Source of the DNA: Phoronis australis
Taxonomy: Eukaryota; Animalia; Phoronida
Direction of reading: 5' to 3'
Assembly (NCBI GenBank): GCA_002633005.1
Contig: NMRA01000387.1
Coordinates: forward strand, 330,372 to 394,371
Length of the DNA stretch: 64,000 nucleotides
How positions within the stretch are numbered: the first letter of the stretch is position 1; each line of letters starts with the position of its first letter. The notes under the pieces were generated by a model. It had not been told where the DNA came from and searched no databases. It worked only from the letters and a program-made list of their open reading frames with translations. Positions 1 to 11,600 of the stretch are shown here, one piece after another. A program made the position numbers and the translations under genes.

Positions 1-302
1 GTCGGTCATAGTTCCCTCAAGACCCGCATGTTCCTGTTCCTTTATTGGTATTATGACAAAAATGCGACAAAAAATAGGTATGTGATCTCGCATTACGAAC
101 GATTGTTCGATTATTTGTGTTTTTTGCTTACTGTAACTCCTGGAGCTCCAGGGCCTGTGCAAACATAAGATTGATTGGCGGCTTCCGCAAATGCGTACAC
201 TTTCAGATCAGGACACACTGGCGATGGCAAGGGGGCGTTGAAATTTGATATCTGCTTCCATATAATTTCACATGATTTCGTGGTGTAACAGTTATTAGGA
301 AA

Positions 303-3300
303 ATGGGGTTTCGCGATTCAAAGTGTTTCCTCACTAGCACAGCAGTGATAACACGTGCGCTGTTTGTTATTTACGAAATCGTACTGATATGGAGTGTATA
401 CCACTCCAAGGACAATAAACCACTTTGGTGGTTGTTTATTTTCTCTGTGGTTCCTCCTGTGGCCGAGATGGTCATCGTAATCGTCTACAACGGCGGGAGA
501 GAATGGAACAGGTAAGGGCAACGTATATGTTCACCTTTGGTGATTTCGTATCATGCACCATGTTTAATTTCACGGTGCATCTTTTGAGAGACAAGAAGCA
601 AGAAGTATTATTACACCAATTAGCTTGACACTGTGCTGCTAACCTGTTCCTGCTGCGGACGTACGCCTGAGGTTTGTGAGACCTCATGCTGCTCTCGCAC
701 GTGCAGGGCTACAGGCACTTCGCGCGAGATTATGCAACAAGAGATAGCGACCATAGACATCTTAAAGTGTACACAACATGACTCTAGTACCTCAAAGTAA
801 ATTTCATTATTATATCTTACTTGATTTCAGTGCTTTTAGTGCACAGCTCATAAAGAAACGCGCAAAAATTGAAAAAAATAATAATTATGTACAACGTCAT
901 GGGTTGAACCCAAGTCGTTCGCCATACTGTTCGGATCAGAGACAAAGTGTATAGAGTGAAGAGAAAGCAAAGTACATTTAGCGTCGAGAAGGTTCGTAGA
1001 GGGATCAAAAGATGTGTTTCCGGAGGCTGCAGCAACAGCAGCCAGGCGGAGAACGTCTCGGTGTTCCGGAGGACACCAAAGTTGCGCAGAAGTGGCATCG
1101 CTTCGTGCGCCGAACGAGAGTGTGGGACGTCATCGTGGACCAAGCGATTCGGTCCGGGGCCACTCTGTGTTCTGCCCACTTTGAGGACTCGTGTTTCGAC
1201 TCCAGTCACAGGAGACGTTACGATGAAGGCCNNNNNNNNNNNNNNNNNNNNNNNNNNNNNNNNNNNNNNNNNNNNNNNNNNNNNNNNNNNNNNNNNNNNN
1301 NNNNNNNNNNNNNNNNNNNNNNNNNNNNNNNNNNNNNNNNNNNNNNNNNNNNNNNNNNNNNNNNNNNNNNNNNNNNNNNNNNNNNNNNNNNNNNNNNNNN
1401 NNNNNNNNNNNNNNNNNNNNNNNNNNNNNNNNNNNNNNNNNNNNNNNNNNNNNNNNNNNNNNNNNNNNNNNNNNNNNNNNNNNNNNNNNNNNNNNNNNNN
1501 NNNNNNNNNNNNNNNNNNNNNNNNNNNNNNNNNNNNNNNNNNNNNNNNNNNNNNNNNNNNNNNNNNNNNNNNNNNNAGACGTTTTGCCAGAGTGCAGACG
1601 ATCAGTAGTATCACGTGACAACTTATTCAGAAACTGCAGGGCACGTTCAGAGAATCGAAAGGATATGACCGCGAGTGTCATCTGTGCACGCTGCATAACA
1701 CTCGATCTATTTTCCTTTCGGTCCTCATTCGAAGACGGGAGTTTCTTTGACGGCAACAGGGACTTTTTCGACGGTTTTTAGGCTTGTGTAGGGGTTCGTT
1801 ACTTTGGAGCAAATGTCGAGCAGACAATCTTAGGATCTACTTGTCTATGCGGCTAGCTTTTTAACTTGCCCATCGGGCAAGTACTTTTCAAATTCCACTT
1901 GCCCGACGCAAAATCTACATGTACACGGGCAATCGGGCAACCGTTAGTGTTGAGCCCTGCAATGTCTCACAAATTGAATGCTATGATTAGTTGAGGTCGT
2001 TCTTGCCCAACTATCGTCTCGCTTGCCGATTTAGAAGTTCAAATAACTGATGCTTGACGATAACTAAAGAGCAAAATTAAACTTTAAAAATCAACTCCCC
2101 TAACCCTTGGTTGTTCATGTTTATAGGCTTAGGCAAGTCATAGGACCTTGGCATTTATAAAATATTAATGCACAAAGTGCAAAAATGCAAGTCAAACGCA
2201 AGCAACGCGGAAGTAGGCCTAACTTGTTTTTTAGTACGTCTTTGCTGATCCTGGTCAGATTCATTATCAAAACCATTTTTCAGACGTCCAGATTTAGAAC
2301 ATTTTAGGAAGGTGGACAATAAAGGACACCCGTTCTTTAAAATACTTTCAGAGCTTTTTGCCCACAATCAGTGACAGATGCTGCCGCCTTTTGTGACTTT
2401 TATGTATTTGTCATTGCAGCATGTTCTGTCCCAGCTTCTTCATATTCCTGGCGTGTGTCACGCCCCAGTTGTGGCTCATTGAGCTCCACCACATAGAAAG
2501 AACGACCAGCAACATCACGGCAAACAGTAGCATTACATTCTCGGCACAAATTGTAAGATCTTTTAATTGTCTTAGCGAGTTTTACTTCAACTGTTTGTTT
2601 TAACAAAGATCATACTTCCTGCGTAAGCAGCCGTGCGTTCAGTAGCGCTAGGACATACGCTAGGACCTAGCTAAAATCTAGCTAAAGTCACGTGTTCTCA
2701 CTTAAAAAAGGCAACATCTCTTGCTTTTCAGCTTCATGAACCACTATCAACTTCAACTCATTTTCAATCACGACATGCAGTCTGATCTGAAGGCAGACCA
2801 GACCTCTGATGTGCCGTTTGACAAAATTACATGTGAACGCTTTTCAGATGGCTATCCGCCTTTTGGTAATGCGACCCCAAATGAAATGTATGACTAGGAG
2901 AGCGTTCCATAAACCTAAACTCTTGCGAGAAAAGCAAAATCTCGCAAGACCTCGCGAAACCACGAAAGCGAATAGCGATTGTTTCACCAGTATGCTAGCC
3001 TTTCCTAGGAAAAATGGCGGTCCCTAAAACGATTGGTCGGCTGGACAGTTGAACTATTGTATTGAATTCACCATTACATATGCGAAGATTTTCCCCACAG
3101 TGCACGCAATTGTATTACGATCTATGGAACGCAGCCCTGACTTCTTTGCGTGAGAACTGAGCCTTCGTAGGATGCTCTCAAGAACGTATTGGTTACGGTG
3201 CGTGTCACGACAAGTTTCACTACGGAACAGTGCATTTTCCGACGAAATTTCCGACAGAAAAGTTTAGTTGAGAAGTAGAAACTCTTCTGAACAAAAGATT

Positions 3301-5537
3301 CTTTTTTCCAACTACTCAATCTCACAAAAGGACTTTTAATATTTTCTATGTTTTAACTACTTTGATTGCAAAGGATGTATCAACATACTCACATTTTCAC
3401 ACAAGGTGGCTCTTCTTGTATTGTTCCAGGTTTCAAATTCATCTGACCAAGAATGGAATCATTAACACCTAGTAGCTAACGAGAAAAGGGGAACTTCTTG
3501 GAACTTCCCTACAAATGGATCCCTTTTTTCGAGTCCATTCTTTTAATGAACTGGTACCCTAATATCACAGCTGCAACCCCAGTCAAAATATATACGAGTG
3601 CCATCCGGGTGATCTTTTACGGACCGCGAGAGACTGCTGTAGTAGCGTGCTAGATTATAACTTATTGCCGAGGATATCCGATTGAAACCGAAAAACGCTA
3701 TAGATATTTAGTTTCGCAGTATGCATCGCAAGGAGCGTGGGTCGATCCGGGCGGCATTGCCCATTTTTTGCTATGAACACAGCTTAGCGCTGATTTTCGC
3801 AGATTGCACGTCGCTATATGTTAGTGATCAGATGGTTGTCGAGCGATTTTACAATGACTTTTGATATCGTCTTAGACGTATAAATTTTGCAAAATAATTG
3901 TGTGTTTTAGGGCTAATTTACGGTTGAAACGTACTGCTTTTTCGTCTATCGGTCGGTGCAACATCAGCTGCGTAGCGTTTGCGAAGTCTGTGTGAAGTCT
4001 GAATGCAATCTGACGACGACGCAAGGATCAGTTTATGTCCTTTTCAGGTGTTTGGTTGAAATAACGTTGAAATGTTGTCATTACTTTACGTTGGATAGTA
4101 CTAATATGCGACCTAACCAAACAAGCCTAGAAATCACATCTAATTTGACCAAGGAAATTTTTGAGACCAATTTCGCAATGGTAAATAGTCTATATCAAAA
4201 GTTGTTTTTTGTGACGGTTTATATCTGTCTTAATTCCTTCTGTAAACGTATTTGTAAACGGCAAATTACCTGCAATTTCCGTTTGTCCTGGACAAGGTTC
4301 ACGTGGCGAGCACATTCTTACGGACAAAAGATATTCTCGAAGAGAGTGATCACATTTAAATAGTTCCATTCAGCACTTGGACCTCTGGCTCATATACATG
4401 TACGCAGATATAAAATGTCTATGAATGTGTAGTTAAAAAAAGAAACATGAGCCTTATTGTTTGTGTTATACCATCCTGGAATGAGAAATACCTATGTCGT
4501 GTGTACGTACTAATGCATTGCAGAGAAACGACCTTTCAAAGAGAAACCTCCGAAAGTGACCGTTACCTGATAAATTACTCAATTGGCGGCAATGCTTGCG
4601 CGCATTTGTGATCTTCAATTATTCATGGGCTAAACAATTTCCGGCATGAATTCCGTAAAATTTGGGAGACAAAAAATGCGTTCTCGGGATTAATTTTGAT
4701 TCCGAAAAAAATCCCCACAAATAAAAACACATGCATACGTATATGTGTACGTATAATATACATACGTAAACACTTCCCGTTTCCAAATTTTGTTTAATAA
4801 AAACATTTATTTTAAAACAGTTGGAGCACCCAGGATAAGTGCCCTGTAACCTTAAAATATAATTATTTCTGTTGTAGATTGGTCAAGATTACAAGGTTGT
4901 TACATTTTCATACGACTTTCTGGTTATCGGACTGAAAGAGTGTCTGATGTATCTTCTGATATTAGCTCGATGGGTTCTTCCCATTAAGCACCTGACTTAT
5001 CAGGAGCTCTCAGACACACTGCTCTGTTATATTGGGATGGCTGCAGACCTAATGGAACTCATGGACTATTCCAACAATACAACAGCAATGAAGGATTCGA
5101 AGTTTGTCTACGCGTTGCTCATCATCTGGACGATCGGTCTTTTTCAGTTCTCCTTCGTGCTTACCCCAGCAGACGATCAGGAAAGGGAAGAGCAACAAAT
5201 CTCTTGCCGCTTTATCGCCGAGCACGCCGAAGTGTTCTCAATAGTGTTGCAATTGCTTATGATGCACATCCCATTTGCCACCATCCGTATAGTTGCCATG
5301 GTTTTGTACAAGGGCGTGTCCTATTCCAGTGTCTTTTTTATGGTTAAAAACTTGGCGATGATTTTGTTGAGCATCAATCGGTTGCTTGCGCTGTTCTGCA
5401 AGTGCAGACCATGGAACAAGAAAAAGCCAAGAATGGTCGTGGAAATGGAAGAAGATTATGCAGTCACCCCAGGAACTGAAGCGGAAATGGAGCTGGAATT
5501 CGAACCTGTCATGGGAAGACGGGAATCGACAATGTGA
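303..5537 (+). CDS. TMEM26: TMEM26-family multi-pass membrane protein, paralog 1 (3 exons: 303-511, 2420-2552, 4878-5537; ~333 aa)
   Basis: Exons join in frame through GT-AG introns: AG|gtaag phase 2, ttgcag|C; ATT|gtaag phase 0, ttgtag|ATT. The translation has TMEM26-family motifs TRALF, FCPSFFIFLACVTPQLWLIE, LILARWVLP, QELSDTLLCYIGMAADLME, IWTIGLFQF, PFATIR and VFFMVKN, matching human TMEM26 as recalled (TRLLF, FSPAIFLYL, IIGRWLLP, QLSQLLLMFVGTAADILE, VFFAAKN). Confidence 0.9.
1003..1231 (+). pseudogene. Frameshifted THAP (C2CH zinc-binding) domain fragment, probably a transposon relic, in intron 1 of paralog 1
   Basis: KRCVSGGCSNS..SVF in one frame continues as PEDTKVAQKW.RFVRRTR...LCSAHFEDSCF in another, giving the THAP C-x4-C...P...W...C-x2-H-F signature split by a frameshift. 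It is truncated by the N gap. Confidence 0.7.
1232..1576. other. Assembly gap (N run)
   Basis: Run of n. Confidence 0.99.
1855..1959 (-). mobile_element. Terminus of a hAT-like DNA transposon
   Basis: Ends in GTTGAGCCCTG (reverse complement CAGGGCTCAAC) with subterminal TTGCCC/GGGCAA motifs. Homology with the paralog-2 intron resumes exactly at the next base (caatgtc). Confidence 0.5.
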
Positions 5538-7933
5538 ACTTTGAAATAGAAAATGAAGCCTCAAATGGCAATCACAAGTCCACGCCACTTTCAGTTTCGT
5601 CTACATGTACTCACCGTAATATAACGGTCTCACCTTGTTCCATGATTAGAAACAGTTTCTAGGCTTGCAAACAACTAACAGTTCGCCATCACAGTCTCAT
5701 GAGGTTTGGTTGTCACGGTGGTTAGTCCAGCAGTCGGTAGAGGAATTCCAAGGGTTTGTGATCACCGATTTAATTCCTTATCTCAAAATGCCAATGTGGT
5801 TCCAGGATCCGAAAAGGCTTACTAAGGTGGCACTGAATAGTTAGGCTGCGGCCGCGGCCAATTTGCACTCCCAAAATATAGAAATTTTGGGGTAGGCCAA
5901 GTTTGGGGGCATTTTGTAGGTGGGCATTGCACGTAGGCTCAGTGAATGTGGTTTGTTTGTATTTGTGAACATGCTGTGAATAAAAAAAGGCCACTTTCTT
6001 GGCTGTAGCTGCACTCTTCTTCAAGATGGCGGCCCCCAGCTGCAATTGTGCATTGTTGGGTAGCGACCGAGAAATTGGCTGTGATTTTAGGTAGCCCTCA
6101 AACAAGCAAGAATTGCAAAAAAACTAGTTGGTTGACAGTACTTTTGGACCACATTTTCTGAATCGGTAGGAAATTTGCTTTCAGACTCTAAGTTTGGTTT
6201 TAGTCGTGCATCGGCAGGGAAGTGGTGTTTTTCGGGTGAAAAGTGCCGATTTTGCATTTTTTTGCCCTTATTTTTCTTAGTCTAGCTTGGTTGTCAGTGG
6301 GAATGAAATGGTCAAAAATACAAGAAAGAATAAAGTTTCTGTGCTCATCTGCTGGGCTTTTTATGTGAAATAATTGAAAACATGCCATTCTTTGCATCCT
6401 GTTTTTGACAGAGTGAAGAAAAGGTTACAAATCAAGTGATGTGTGTTTTGCTAGGCAAAACCCAGTGAGAACTGTTCTGTGCCTCCTAAATGAAATCTTA
6501 TTTTCGATACCTTTTCGTTATATTATCTTCACCTTTCGTCCCAAAAGCGATTTTTAAGAGTATTTGACCCATAGATATCACATAGACCGGGGGCGCGCCA
6601 CACAGATACATGCAGTTCGCGTTGTCAATATGACGCCATATTGGAGAGTGCTACACAGGACAAAAATGGCGGCAAACACGGGGAGCCCTACGGCATCAGT
6701 CAGGAAATGCGGAGGCTCGCAGTGTTATGCCTGCAGCCAAAGAGTTAAGTTTTTTGGTCCTGCAATTGAGTCATGAGTTTTTTGGTTCGGCCATGGAGTT
6801 TAATGGTGTTGCAACTAGGTTTTTATGTTCTGCCACCATAGTTTAAGCGGAGCAACTATATGCGTTGTTTCCACCTCAGTCTTGGTGATTGAGACCACAT
6901 ATGATCAATTGAAAAGATAATTATTGACCAGCGTATGCTGTTATCCATTGGTGATGCTGCTTGCTAATTATGCTTAAGTAAATATTTAGTATTTTAATAC
7001 TAAATACATATGATTGTCATTAAAATGACAATCATATGTATTTTTACTTGTACTGAAAAATAACATCCCCGAATTTACTCGCCACCAGGGCATCGAAATC
7101 AGTGCATTTAAGTGAATAGTGTATTCTCTATTGAAATATATACTGCTTTAAGAACTTATTTCTTAATACATATACTAAAATCCGATGTTTTATGTTGTAT
7201 CAAAGCAAATAAATCCCTGAAAAATATGTACATATGTTGAAGTTGATATTGGATTTTTTTAGATTTGCACTGCTTGCTTACGAGCTCTCTGTTTTGTGAC
7301 GAAACTTGCGCGAAAAGTAAAGTGCATAGTAACCAAAATATCAAACCCGCACGACTGAATTGCGCATCCAATCTTTACCCAAAATCCACAATTTCCCACT
7401 CATAACCGAATGGAAATATACCCAACCGAGCCGATATAGCATTAATTATGACCCCGTGAAAAATGACCCCGGTTAGTTTTTTCACAGGTGAAGAATTTTT
7501 AACCCATGAAAAAACGACCGTGATTCGTTTGTATATGTAGTTAGTGGTCGTTGAATTTTTTGGAATGTTACGCGTACTTTTGTTTATTATGTTAAAATAG
7601 CATTGTTGTTTAGTTCCTGTTATGTTGGGCGGTCAAACCTAGGAACCAATATGAGTCGAATCAATTTTTTTTCGTTTCGATTTTTTTTTCGTTTTGAAAA
7701 AATACTTTGCTATCATCGAAAAGGTAGTGCATTCTACTCAGTAAAAATCGAAAAAGTATCAAAATCAGGGCAAGCAGAGTAAAATTATTTCAATTTTTGT
7801 GGCGAAATTTATGTCACTTTATTTGGATCGCGTCGCCCATATTGGAGGACAGTGGGATAAGTTACGAGTTTAAAACTTTGTGTAAAGCTCGCTCTCCCTT
7901 GGGTGGGCGGATGCATCCTTCTGCTGCATCTGT

Positions 7934-8608
7934 GGCAGATTGTCACCCACCTTTACAGTGCAACATGTTATGTAACTTTTGTAATTACTGATATCTGTAG
8001 TAGTTTAGTTTGTTATAATATATATGACCTTTTATCTCAACTACACGTGTTGTTTCACTGTAAACTAGCTTCGGTATCGCTTCGCAGTTAGCGCATATAA
8101 AAATTATTTAAGTATTAAATTATGTTATGTAAGCTATACTGCCTCCTCCTCATAATCATATTGTTTGGATTCTCAGGTCAGTGACCCTCTTTGTTTTACG
8201 ATTATTGGTTCAATTGTACCACGTGATCTCTTTGTCTTGTCGCAACACTGGGCCATCGTCCACAATTCTCTCCAACTTTCATTTTTCACTCAGTTTCTCT
8301 TTCCCTCCCTCCCTCAAACCAATTTTCATTCTTTCCCTGTTATCCTCAAATTTCACATGTCGCTGACCTGGTGTTGCTGTTATTCTTCCGCATATTGTTT
8401 CTTAACTTACTATTCACCACTTGCGTATACCTTCATTGGAGGCAGATTGTCACCCACCTTTACAGTGCAACATGTTATATAACTTTTGTAATTACTGATA
8501 TCTGTAGTAGTTTAGTTTGTCATAATATATATGACCTTTTATCTTAACTACACGTGTTGTTTCACTGTAAACTAGATTCGGTATCGCTTCGCAGTTAGCG
8601 CATATAAA
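7934..8608 (+). repeat. ~168-bp near-identical direct repeat (7934-8101 and 8441-8608)
   Basis: ggcagattgtcacccacctttacagtgcaac...gcagttagcgcatataaa occurs twice, 507 bp apart, with only a few substitutions. Confidence 0.9.
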
Positions 8609-11600
8609 TTGTTTTCGCCAACAATTTACGGTGAAATTTAATTAGACATTTATTTACTTACTATTCTGCACGAGTCATCAGTTTTCACCAAATTTCATCT
8701 TAATTTGAGAAATAAGCTATGTTGTATTGTGAAGCTTCAAGCCTCCAATTCTTGTTCCTTGCAACTTCATATTTTTTATATCTTGCTTGTCAAATTCTGG
8801 TGTGAGGAAACACTATTCGGTCACCATGGTAATAGTTACATGTTTGTGTCCACTTTCATATCATGGAAACTTGTGCTGTTGGATAGTGTTTGTAATGCTT
8901 AAATGTATTGTGCATTTTAAGTTACTTATTATGGTAAAAGGTTGAATAATTTTGGCTTAATGAAAAAAATGATAACATTTTGTATTGGACTTGTCATACT
9001 TATGAGCTCGAACGAGCCCACTATTTGGAAAAATGGAAAAAGGTCTGCCTCAGTCAGAGAAGCACGAACTCCGAAAAAGGTAGAAAATGAGACAAAAGTC
9101 CACTAGAAGACGGGAAGTACCAAACTTTAGCCTCTGTAATTCATAGCTCTGAACATACCCAGTGAATCTTATAGTAAAAGGTAGACATCCCCAAAAATTC
9201 CACCCCCTTCCCCCCATTTTTTTAGGCTTGGTGCGCTCATGCAAAGTTTGGGCAAATCTCTGTTGAAAGCCAACAACTTAGCACAGTTCGCCAGCAGACC
9301 CCAAGTTCTAAACAAACCTCGTTTGAGCGTGCGCTGTGGCCAGGGACCAGGTAGGCCTAAGGGTAGCCTTGGCGCAAAGCTGCATAGGCCTACTAACAAC
9401 TGACCTGCATTTTGACGATACTGGTAGCTGGCACTGAGGCTAGCTAGGGGTCCAGCGGCAGTGTGAACCAGCCCGTAATTTTATGCAAGTGTCTGAAACT
9501 ATATGGCATTTATGATTTGAACATTTTACTTCGACAAAACAGCTTGCAACCGCATGCCTTTACCGTTCGCTAGTGTCTGGTCTCGATCCGCACCGGGTCC
9601 GATAGGCTGCGGTCCCTAGTCCGGCAAAATAATTTCTGTCAAAATTTAGTCACCACATTTCTAAAGCAAATTCGATAAAATTGTCCGTATTTTGATTTTA
9701 TTACAATTAAGGCGCGCTGTCGCTTATTTTATCCCCGTTTCCAGGCTGGTAACAGGCACTGCTCCAGTCGCACTGACGGCGTTTTCTTAGCCTGGGTTCC
9801 TGAATGAATTATACTTCTGGTGTCGTGTCCAATGGCGGCACTGAACAGTTAGACTGCGGCCGCGGCCAATTTGCACTCCCAAAATTACTTGGGTATTACT
9901 TGGGTGCAGAACCAGCGTCGTCACACTCGGGGCAGACCCATAGATGCTCGGCTTTCCACGTCATCAAGTCAGACAAGTTCCTTTGACTAACCACTCCAAC
10001 CAACTGCTGATTGCACAGTCGTGCCTCCAATATTGCATCTTGTCCAAAAATGCATCCAGGTTGTGGTTTGCGCATGTGTTCGTTTTCATTTCTCTGGCTT
10101 CCGGTTCTACGCAATTTTGCATCCAAGTTGTCCGTTGGTTATTCGACTTTTTATAACAGTATCATTTGTTCCCCGTATATTGTTTATTTTGGAAAAACGA
10201 GATAAAGGGCAATGTCATTGATGTGTGTGAGTACCTTTCAACGAGTGTTGAGCTTCATTTACTGATTTTTAAATGTAAGAGATTTTGTTGGCTGGCACTG
10301 GCAGGGAAGCCTATATGAGCTCATCCGCGGGTTCTGATCGTCTCTAAAAGACTGTAATACACTATATACTGCAAGGTATGACACTTGGGACTACGAATTA
10401 CGCGGGTTCTTCACTTTAGCCGTGAGCTTAGACCCTGACCACCGTCTCTAACTGACAAGAGACGGTGTACCTCCTGAGCATCTTACGACAGACTGACTAA
10501 AGGCAAAGCATCAAAGTGACGTTGTTGTAAAAACCTTTCAAGGTTTTTGCTCATAGTGGGAAACCTTAGCCACTTTCGTCTGCTTCATCAGATAGGCGGC
10601 CGCAATATTGTGCAATAACACACCTGTCCAATAATGCATCCACAGCCACTTCCAGCTGCTTTATCATATGGACGAATGTAATATTGTGCAATAACACACC
10701 TGTCCAATAGAATTGGACGGATGCACATACCCAAAACTCATCCATTTATTATTGGTTTTCATTTTACACGACACAGGCTTCACCTGTTTGTACAATGATG
10801 TTGAACGTCCAACAAACGCAGTTTTCTGCCTCCAATCACCTAGTTTACTACTACTAATAAATGATAATAGGTACTGAACACAACAGTTCAGTTCTAACTT
10901 TGATAGTAATATTGAAGTTCAGGGTTAACAAATTTCATCTGAAAAAAGGATGAGAGGTGATATGTCTAACTGTAGTTCAACTTCAATTTAAACATTTTAT
11001 TTTCAGATTGCAGAGACCTCAAGTGCAATGCACAAAAGATATCGAAAATGTAGACACTGGGTGCTGTGGTGCTGACGGGGTTGGTAAATGCCAAGTGTCC
11101 AACTAAGTGCATGGTCTATAGCTGTTTGGAAAGTGATGGGGTGCAATTTTCTTTTTGGTTGATTTTTTCAAAAACAACATATATGACATTTTCAACAAAG
11201 GCATTTCTTAATCGTTAACCTTACGTGTTGGCAAGTCATTGTGTGTGGATGCGTTTGTAATAAAAAAAAAGATAGTCAGCTTTGCTACTGATGCGGGCGT
11301 GCGCTTTTCTTGTTCCTGTATGAACATCGATAAGAAAACACTGAAATATTCGCCTGTTGTCTGCTAAAATAGTGCGGCGATGCGGCTTTTACTATTTTGC
11401 ATTAACAGAGAAGCGCAAGGTTCAAAATGATGCAGGCGTGGACCACAACCATTTTTTTAAGTTTTCTGGGTATCTTTAAGTCATGCAGAGAGCGCAGACC
11501 AGAACCAATATAATTTGCGACGTTTTACTGTTAAGTTCTTGAAAAGACCTAGATGCCACGAATTGCCTTAACACGAAATTGCAATCACTCTGATAGGAAA

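Noticed and set aside
817-1756. Long ORFs of 198-265 aa in the ORF track
   Set aside because: They are open only because they run through the N gap. The same applies to the ORFs at 22430-22892.
752-1849. CATAGACA...TGTCTATG as P-element-like TIRs around the THAP fragment
   Set aside because: Only 8 bp match, there is no target-site duplication, and an N gap lies between them.
5238-5588. Antisense ORFs recurring opposite TMEM26 exons (also 26593-26946, 39044-39349, 47670-47969, 318-521)
   Set aside because: These are shadows of the conserved sense-strand coding sequence.
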